Source: an uncultured virus (IMG/VR IMGVR_UViG_3300021254_000023) (taxonomy: Duplodnaviria > Heunggongvirae > Uroviricota > Caudoviricetes). From it: a stretch of DNA of 64,000 bases. How positions within the stretch are numbered: the stretch's first letter is position 1; the number at the start of each line of letters is the position of its first letter. Shown here piece after piece: positions 59,051 to 64,000 of the stretch. A program made the position numbers and the translations under genes. The notes under the pieces are model-generated. The model did not search any database. It was not told where the DNA came from and saw nothing but the letters and a program-made list of their open reading frames with translations. The DNA is taken from IMG/VR virus record IMGVR_UViG_3300021254_000023; one strand, 5' to 3'.

Positions 59051-59918
59051 ATTCGTATTTACCAGCTAATAAATTATACATATCAATGTAGTCAATTCCA
59101 CAGGCATGGGCAGCATCAGCATCTTTACTACTGAGACCCCACCTGCCGGAGTTGATTCCTATGTAGACCATATCTTCTTTGTTCCTCCAATCACGAACCG
59201 CCCCATAGACGATTCTTTCTTTTGGAGAACCTTCTACTTGCTGTTTCAGGATAAACACAGAGTCTTTCCTGATTCTCAAATACGTACTTATACATACTTT
59301 GATATATTCCAAGGTTAGGTTTGCTACCCCAGGATTACCAAATGCCGGTACTATATCATTGGCAGGAAAGATTACATATAGTCTAGTGGGATTGAAACTA
59401 GCTATCTTATCCCATACGTCGAACTTTGGTTTTAGATCGAAGAGGGCTCTTGGCATGATGTTTGGTCTGCCATTACTCTCCCACGATTCATACAAACAGT
59501 CTAGGACGTCACAAATGACTACTTTCTTTCTGTTTCCAAGACCTCCGGTTGGTGTGACTTTAGGTTCTTCTTTCTTTGGTTGTCCAAAAGAACCACTTCC
59601 TGACCAACCACTGCCTGCTGACCATCCGCCGCTGTTTCCCCATGAGGGAGTTGTATCCTTCTTTTCCCAAGGAGCTCCCCCACTTCTAGAGGAGCCGAAT
59701 GGGCTATTTCCGTTATCAAAAGGAGTGCTGTTACTCATAGGCACCCAATGCCTCCTTTCTTCGAACTCGCTATCGAGTCTACTATTGAGTTCTTCTTGTT
59801 CATCAAGTAGTTTTTCTATTTTAATATCATCCTCGTCTATCATTTCCTCCAGAGGATCATCATCTTCTCTGGGGTAATCTGTGTAGTCGGGTGGAATATA
59901 TTGTCTGTTATCGTTCAT
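59043..59918 (-). CDS. Protein with low-complexity N-terminus and HAD/PNK-phosphatase-like C-terminus
   Basis: VICDVLDCL (degenerate DxDxT), MVYIG, DADAAHACGIDYID. Confidence 0.55.
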   Translation of the reverse strand: MNDNRQYIPPDYTDYPREDDDPLEEMIDEDDIKIEKLLDEQEELNSRLDSEFEERRHWVPMSNSTPFDNGNSPFGSSRSGGAPWEKKDTTPSWGNSGGWSAGSGWSGSGSFGQPKKEEPKVTPTGGLGNRKKVVICDVLDCLYESWESNGRPNIMPRALFDLKPKFDVWDKIASFNPTRLYVIFPANDIVPAFGNPGVANLTLEYIKVCISTYLRIRKDSVFILKQQVEGSPKERIVYGAVRDWRNKEDMVYIGINSGRWGLSSKDADAAHACGIDYIDMYNLLAGKYEYE

Positions 59919-60469
59919 GGCTGTGGAGCCCCTGTCCCATTAGAAGCATCGTCACCGCTACTGAGCGTTGCATCTTCAGCTTCGTGTTTTGCAGCAAGTT
60001 CAGCTTCAATGTTAGGATTGTAATGACAACTCTTCAAGAGACTGTGCAGCATACACGATCCATTGCTCGGTGAACATGCAGAATGACAGTCATTATATAA
60101 GCCACATACACCATCACACACAGCATCTATTACATTTGTCATGCGAACATAACCGTTTTCCTTGATAATATTCTGATACACATCTTCATATTCTGGGAAA
60201 ACCTGTTCGATAGTTCCTTCTACAGGAACATAATCCTTATAGTCCTTATTCTCTTCGTCGTCAATGATTCCGAGATTACCGCAGAAATCTAGGAATGATT
60301 TTTCTGGGTTTTCAGGATCTCTAGGATCACGGAGCGATGCACAGATCTTAGGCCCGTATGGACATACACTGAGACATGAAATCTCATCGTGAGGGTCTAA
60401 GACGGGTCTGAATACTAGGTAGCGATCACCATCACTAGTAACCACTTTGATTCTTTTAATTTTTTCCAT
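59915..60469 (-). CDS. Cys-rich hypothetical protein
   Basis: Two Cys clusters (CLSVCPY..C..C; CDGVC..C..C..C). Confidence 0.65.
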   Translation of the reverse strand: MEKIKRIKVVTSDGDRYLVFRPVLDPHDEISCLSVCPYGPKICASLRDPRDPENPEKSFLDFCGNLGIIDDEENKDYKDYVPVEGTIEQVFPEYEDVYQNIIKENGYVRMTNVIDAVCDGVCGLYNDCHSACSPSNGSCMLHSLLKSCHYNPNIEAELAAKHEAEDATLSSGDDASNGTGAPQP

Positions 60470-60546
60470 ATTCTATATTAAAATGTTATTTGTCTTTAAT
60501 AAGGTTAAGAAGTCCCAGGCCAATTTTAGCCCAGGACCGTTTTATA

Positions 60547-60702
60547 TTAGTGTTCATTATTTTCAGATATCCATTTCTCTAGTCGACTTCTGTCGGCAGG
60601 GAGAACGTGATTTCTGATACTGTCGATCTGAATACTGAACATCGTTTGTATTTGCTTCTTTGTGTAGGAAGCGCCATTATCAAGTGTTATTGTTACCGGC
60701 AT
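60547..60702 (-). CDS. Small protein (51 aa, not in ORF track)
   Basis: MPVTITLDNGASYTKKQ... read by hand. Confidence 0.4.
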   Translation of the reverse strand: MPVTITLDNGASYTKKQIQTMFSIQIDSIRNHVLPADRSRLEKWISENNEH

Positions 60703-60931
60703 ATTTTTCTTTGTATTTTTTATCACTGATTATTGTTAAGGTTCCATCTACTGGATCTTTCATGATCCAATCTCCTTCCACAAGCCTTTTATCCTCTATA
60801 TTGCAGTGAAACTTGTGATAGGGCATTCTGGAAGCACATGTGAAGTTTTTTGCACGATTTTCTGTGTATAGGATAACTTCAGCTATGTTCTCCCTCGTAA
60901 ATTGAATTGCAAGTGGCTCAGACTCTAACAT
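60680..60931 (-). CDS. Hypothetical protein
   Basis: AIQFT...EGDWIMK phage motif. Confidence 0.6.
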   Translation of the reverse strand: MLESEPLAIQFTRENIAEVILYTENRAKNFTCASRMPYHKFHCNIEDKRLVEGDWIMKDPVDGTLTIISDKKYKEKYAGNNNT

Positions 60932-62474
60932 TAATTTCTTTAAATTTCCAAGAAATTTCTACACCCTTGAGCGTTAAACCACTAAGTTCTATCTTCTTCG
61001 TGGTTTGGGCTGCTGACGGACGATACTTGTCTGCAAATTTAGCTGTCTTGCTAGCAATCAGCTTGAAGGTATTCTCACGGATGATGCTCTGAGAGTTCTT
61101 CTCAATGGCCTCCCAATAGGACTTGTTTTTACTAGTCCGCTTGATATATCCAAGGATCCTAATCAGGTTCTCTGCCTTAATGCCGCCACGGCTGATTTGT
61201 CCATGCTCAACATAGTCAGTCAGGGCATTAGTGATGGCAGTGGAATCTGAGAAAAGGCCCTTCATAGTGGACTGTAGTTCAACAGTCTTATAGGAACCGT
61301 GGCTCTGAACGGGAATCTCTCGTGTGGGATAGTAATGATCACCATAGATACCAATTCCCCGGAGGAACTGTTCTGCGCTGCTAACCTGAGTACGATGTTG
61401 ACGGTTCTGAGAGTTTTGCTCAGTGGCCTTAGCTTCCATTATCGTCAGGTATTCCTGAGCAACCTTGGCAATATACAGCCTTGCCTCTGCGTCTGCCAGT
61501 ACGTATGATGGCATAGCCTTTACGTTGTTTCTGCATACAATAGGAATCTTTTTAAGGTTCACTAAGTAGAGATTGTCGTAGGCTTCATTCATCTCTATAC
61601 AACCAACCGCTCTTAGACGACGAGCGAGGCTGCTACTTACCTTCACTCCAAGGAGAGGCATATTGAGACGACCATCTCGAATTATGTTTATGGTCTTCAG
61701 GCAGGTCAATCCTTCACGACGACCGGGCTCTACGCCGAATTCGTTCTCAGGGACGTCCACACTAACGAGAGCTTTATACTGTAGGCTCAAGTTAGCTCGA
61801 GTTTTATTACCGACAATTGCTGTGACGGGAACGAGCTGATTCATTATATACTCGACTCCCTCTGGTTTCCGGGTAGATGATGCCGTAATTCTTTCATATC
61901 GACCTACTAACTCTGGATCGATTAGTATTTTAGCACTATCTTCTACCAAGTCATTAACAAGTTCGAAAACACTATACCTACGACCCTTCTTATAGAGTCT
62001 TGGACAGGTCATGATGTTAAGCTCTTGATTAATGTTTGGTCTCCAACTAGCACTCTCGTACATTTCTCCGGCAAGATTTTCTAATGTATTTAGACCTGTT
62101 TCACCATAGACAGAGTAAAACTGATCGATGAGTTTAGAATCTCGAGTGGCAAGTACCAGATCCTCAATGGTATCCATATAGACTTTTGGAGTACCAATGA
62201 TCATCACTAGAATCTCACGAAGATCATTGATTTCGTAATCCTGGAGAGGATTCTTAGTTGTGGTCTTAAGGATCACGTAAGCATGAGTTCCTTGTACTTC
62301 AACCTCCCCCAATCCGTAGGTTTGATAACACCTGATAGAGTTTGATACAACATCGAGAGTCACTATAAATTGTGCTCTCTGTTGGGATTTATTCGTTAAA
62401 CGAACTTTCCCGTTTTCAATTGTTTGTGGGGTAATCTTAATTCTTGCTCCACTAATTAGTACTTCGTTGTTCAT
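60918..62474 (-). CDS. Hypothetical protein, possibly related to phage vWA-associated proteins
   Basis: 518-aa ORF; RANLSL and IIRDGRLN motifs; family call weak. Confidence 0.6.
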   Translation of the reverse strand: MNNEVLISGARIKITPQTIENGKVRLTNKSQQRAQFIVTLDVVSNSIRCYQTYGLGEVEVQGTHAYVILKTTTKNPLQDYEINDLREILVMIIGTPKVYMDTIEDLVLATRDSKLIDQFYSVYGETGLNTLENLAGEMYESASWRPNINQELNIMTCPRLYKKGRRYSVFELVNDLVEDSAKILIDPELVGRYERITASSTRKPEGVEYIMNQLVPVTAIVGNKTRANLSLQYKALVSVDVPENEFGVEPGRREGLTCLKTINIIRDGRLNMPLLGVKVSSSLARRLRAVGCIEMNEAYDNLYLVNLKKIPIVCRNNVKAMPSYVLADAEARLYIAKVAQEYLTIMEAKATEQNSQNRQHRTQVSSAEQFLRGIGIYGDHYYPTREIPVQSHGSYKTVELQSTMKGLFSDSTAITNALTDYVEHGQISRGGIKAENLIRILGYIKRTSKNKSYWEAIEKNSQSIIRENTFKLIASKTAKFADKYRPSAAQTTKKIELSGLTLKGVEISWKFKEINVRV

Positions 62475-62545
62475 ACTTTTTTGTAGTTTATGTATGTTTT
62501 GTATTCATATATAAGAATTTAACCATTAATATCCTTATTAGTGAT

Positions 62546-63187
62546 ATGAAAAATAAAATCGGTAAATGGAATGAAGTAACTTACGAAACAATGTCAGACA
62601 TTTTTCGTAGATTCTTAGAAATGGAAGACTGGACTAAGGACATGGTTCTGGAGATTCAGGACCCTATTGCCATAGCGGCTGGGGATCATGAACGGCGCAT
62701 GTATCTTGGCAATAGAATAGGTATCGATGGTTGGGAGAAATATGACGAGCCTTATCTCGATTGTATAAAAGCGGTTACAGAAACTAAAGGTGTAGACAGC
62801 TCAATCATGTTCGATAAGGATTATATAATCCTATGTATGCTCGAAAGCAAAAATCCAACAATAGTGCCAATTTTTACAACTGATGAAAAAATGAGCAGGG
62901 CACTATTAACGGCTTTCTTTGGAGATCCATCCATTGATGGTAGTTCCTTTTCAGACCTTATTGACACAAGTTCTCCTAAGTGGTATACCGTAGGGGATGA
63001 TGGTAAAAGATATGTTCACCTCGGAGAGAAAGCATATGAAAAGTTCTCTGTAGAAGAAAAATTTATTAGAATAAGAACAATAGATTATGAAACCTGGAAA
63101 AACGATATTACCGGATTCTTAGAGGATGACCAACCTCTTCAGTATACTGACTTAGATCTACAAAATATAACCCTCCTTAACCCATAG
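62546..63187 (+). CDS. Hypothetical protein
   Basis: 213-aa ORF; promoter motif abuts ATG. Confidence 0.7.
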   Translation: MKNKIGKWNEVTYETMSDIFRRFLEMEDWTKDMVLEIQDPIAIAAGDHERRMYLGNRIGIDGWEKYDEPYLDCIKAVTETKGVDSSIMFDKDYIILCMLESKNPTIVPIFTTDEKMSRALLTAFFGDPSIDGSSFSDLIDTSSPKWYTVGDDGKRYVHLGEKAYEKFSVEEKFIRIRTIDYETWKNDITGFLEDDQPLQYTDLDLQNITLLNP

Positions 63188-63261
63188 GAGGGATTTTTTA
63201 TTTTTGCGTTTAGGGACCCAGGAAAGCCCTATATGTGTATAACAATTAATAAAAATAAACA

Positions 63262-64000
63262 ATGAATAAAGATGCAGTTTATGTAGTAAAACAACCAATA
63301 CATTCAATTGTATCAATTGTTGTCGTAGACGAGGCAAAAACACCGCTTCATCCATCGGCCCATTCGAACCTAGATCAGCTGGTGGATATGACAGATGTGA
63401 TTTTTGTTTTCTCGGATAGATTTTCAGTGTCTGGTTTTATGCCAGATAAATTTACTAGTCTATATAGAGGTTGTGCATATATTTATGGAAGTGGTAATGT
63501 TTTAGGACGACCTATTTTCCAAGCAATGTTATATGCACAAGAAATCTTTAGACGTCATGCTGCTTATGTAGTGACTGACCTAGAGAGAATTGGAAAATTA
63601 AGATTTCAAAATAAAGAACTCTTACAAACTCTAGCAGCTAGTGCTATTGCAAAACCTATCTTGAGAATTAAAAGACTTAGTCCAGAAGAACTTTATTCGA
63701 TATATCTCCCAGAGAAACAGGATGAAGAAGAAAAAGTTCCATGGTGGAAGTTTTGGGAAACTAAGTCTACTACAACACCAGAAGGAGATAGGATCAATAG
63801 TAGATATTGTTCTGACTCTAACTTAATGTTCTTTAAACAGACATTAGTGAAGATTCTCCTGAAAAATTACGAAGATAAGAAATTTATGAAGTATGTTAAT
63901 ACGTTCTCAGAAGATGATCCTAGTTATTTATTTGCCTCGTATATCAGGGAGCTCGGCATAGATAACATTGATTCATCTCCAGAAGAACTGACTAATGTTG
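63262..64000 (+). CDS. Hypothetical protein (3' truncated by window)
   Basis: ATG at 63262, frame open to window end (MNKDAVYVVKQP...). Confidence 0.7.
   Translation, partial: MNKDAVYVVKQPIHSIVSIVVVDEAKTPLHPSAHSNLDQLVDMTDVIFVFSDRFSVSGFMPDKFTSLYRGCAYIYGSGNVLGRPIFQAMLYAQEIFRRHAAYVVTDLERIGKLRFQNKELLQTLAASAIAKPILRIKRLSPEELYSIYLPEKQDEEEKVPWWKFWETKSTTTPEGDRINSRYCSDSNLMFFKQTLVKILLKNYEDKKFMKYVNTFSEDDPSYLFASYIRELGIDNIDSSPEELTNV

Noticed and set aside
1..64000. Stop-codon reassignment (TAG or TGA), as in some gut phages
   Set aside because: Conserved genes are full length in code 11 and all three stops end real genes; the two split genes are explained by introns
1..64000. tRNA genes, rRNA, CRISPR arrays
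   Set aside because: No cloverleaf or regularly spaced repeat array recognised by eye; tRNAscan-SE would be needed to exclude tRNAs fully
1..64000. DGR template repeat or reverse transcriptase
   Set aside because: No AAC-rich copy of the 5545-5690 region and no RT motifs found in this window

Overview
AT-rich, densely coded window that reads as part of a large (jumbo-type) dsDNA phage genome in the standard genetic code. The host is probably Bacteroidota, judged from the Bacteroidota-like ClpP and IF-1 and a TAnnnnTG promoter element. It starts with tail-fibre-like genes and continues through many accessory genes: ClpC/ClpP, IF-1, endonuclease V, NadE, NadD, RtcB, an acyltransferase, phosphoesterases and a phiEco32-type amidotransferase/amidoligase cluster. 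Main observations: (1) Two paralogous SF2-helicase-like genes lack the Walker-A lysine. Each sits next to a non-coding hairpin - GC-rich core - hairpin element with fixed 45-47 nt loops, and the two elements share an identical 21-mer. (2) Two radical-SAM genes each follow genes whose products carry an N-terminal TNSS motif. (3) Two ORF-less group I introns split a COOH.NH2-ligase gene and the Walker A motif of an AAA ATPase. (4) A probable DGR target gene is present without RT or TR in the window. (5) A pervasive YCTTA-N4-TG promoter often abuts start codons, suggesting leaderless mRNAs. All family assignments come from reading motifs by eye, not from database searches.
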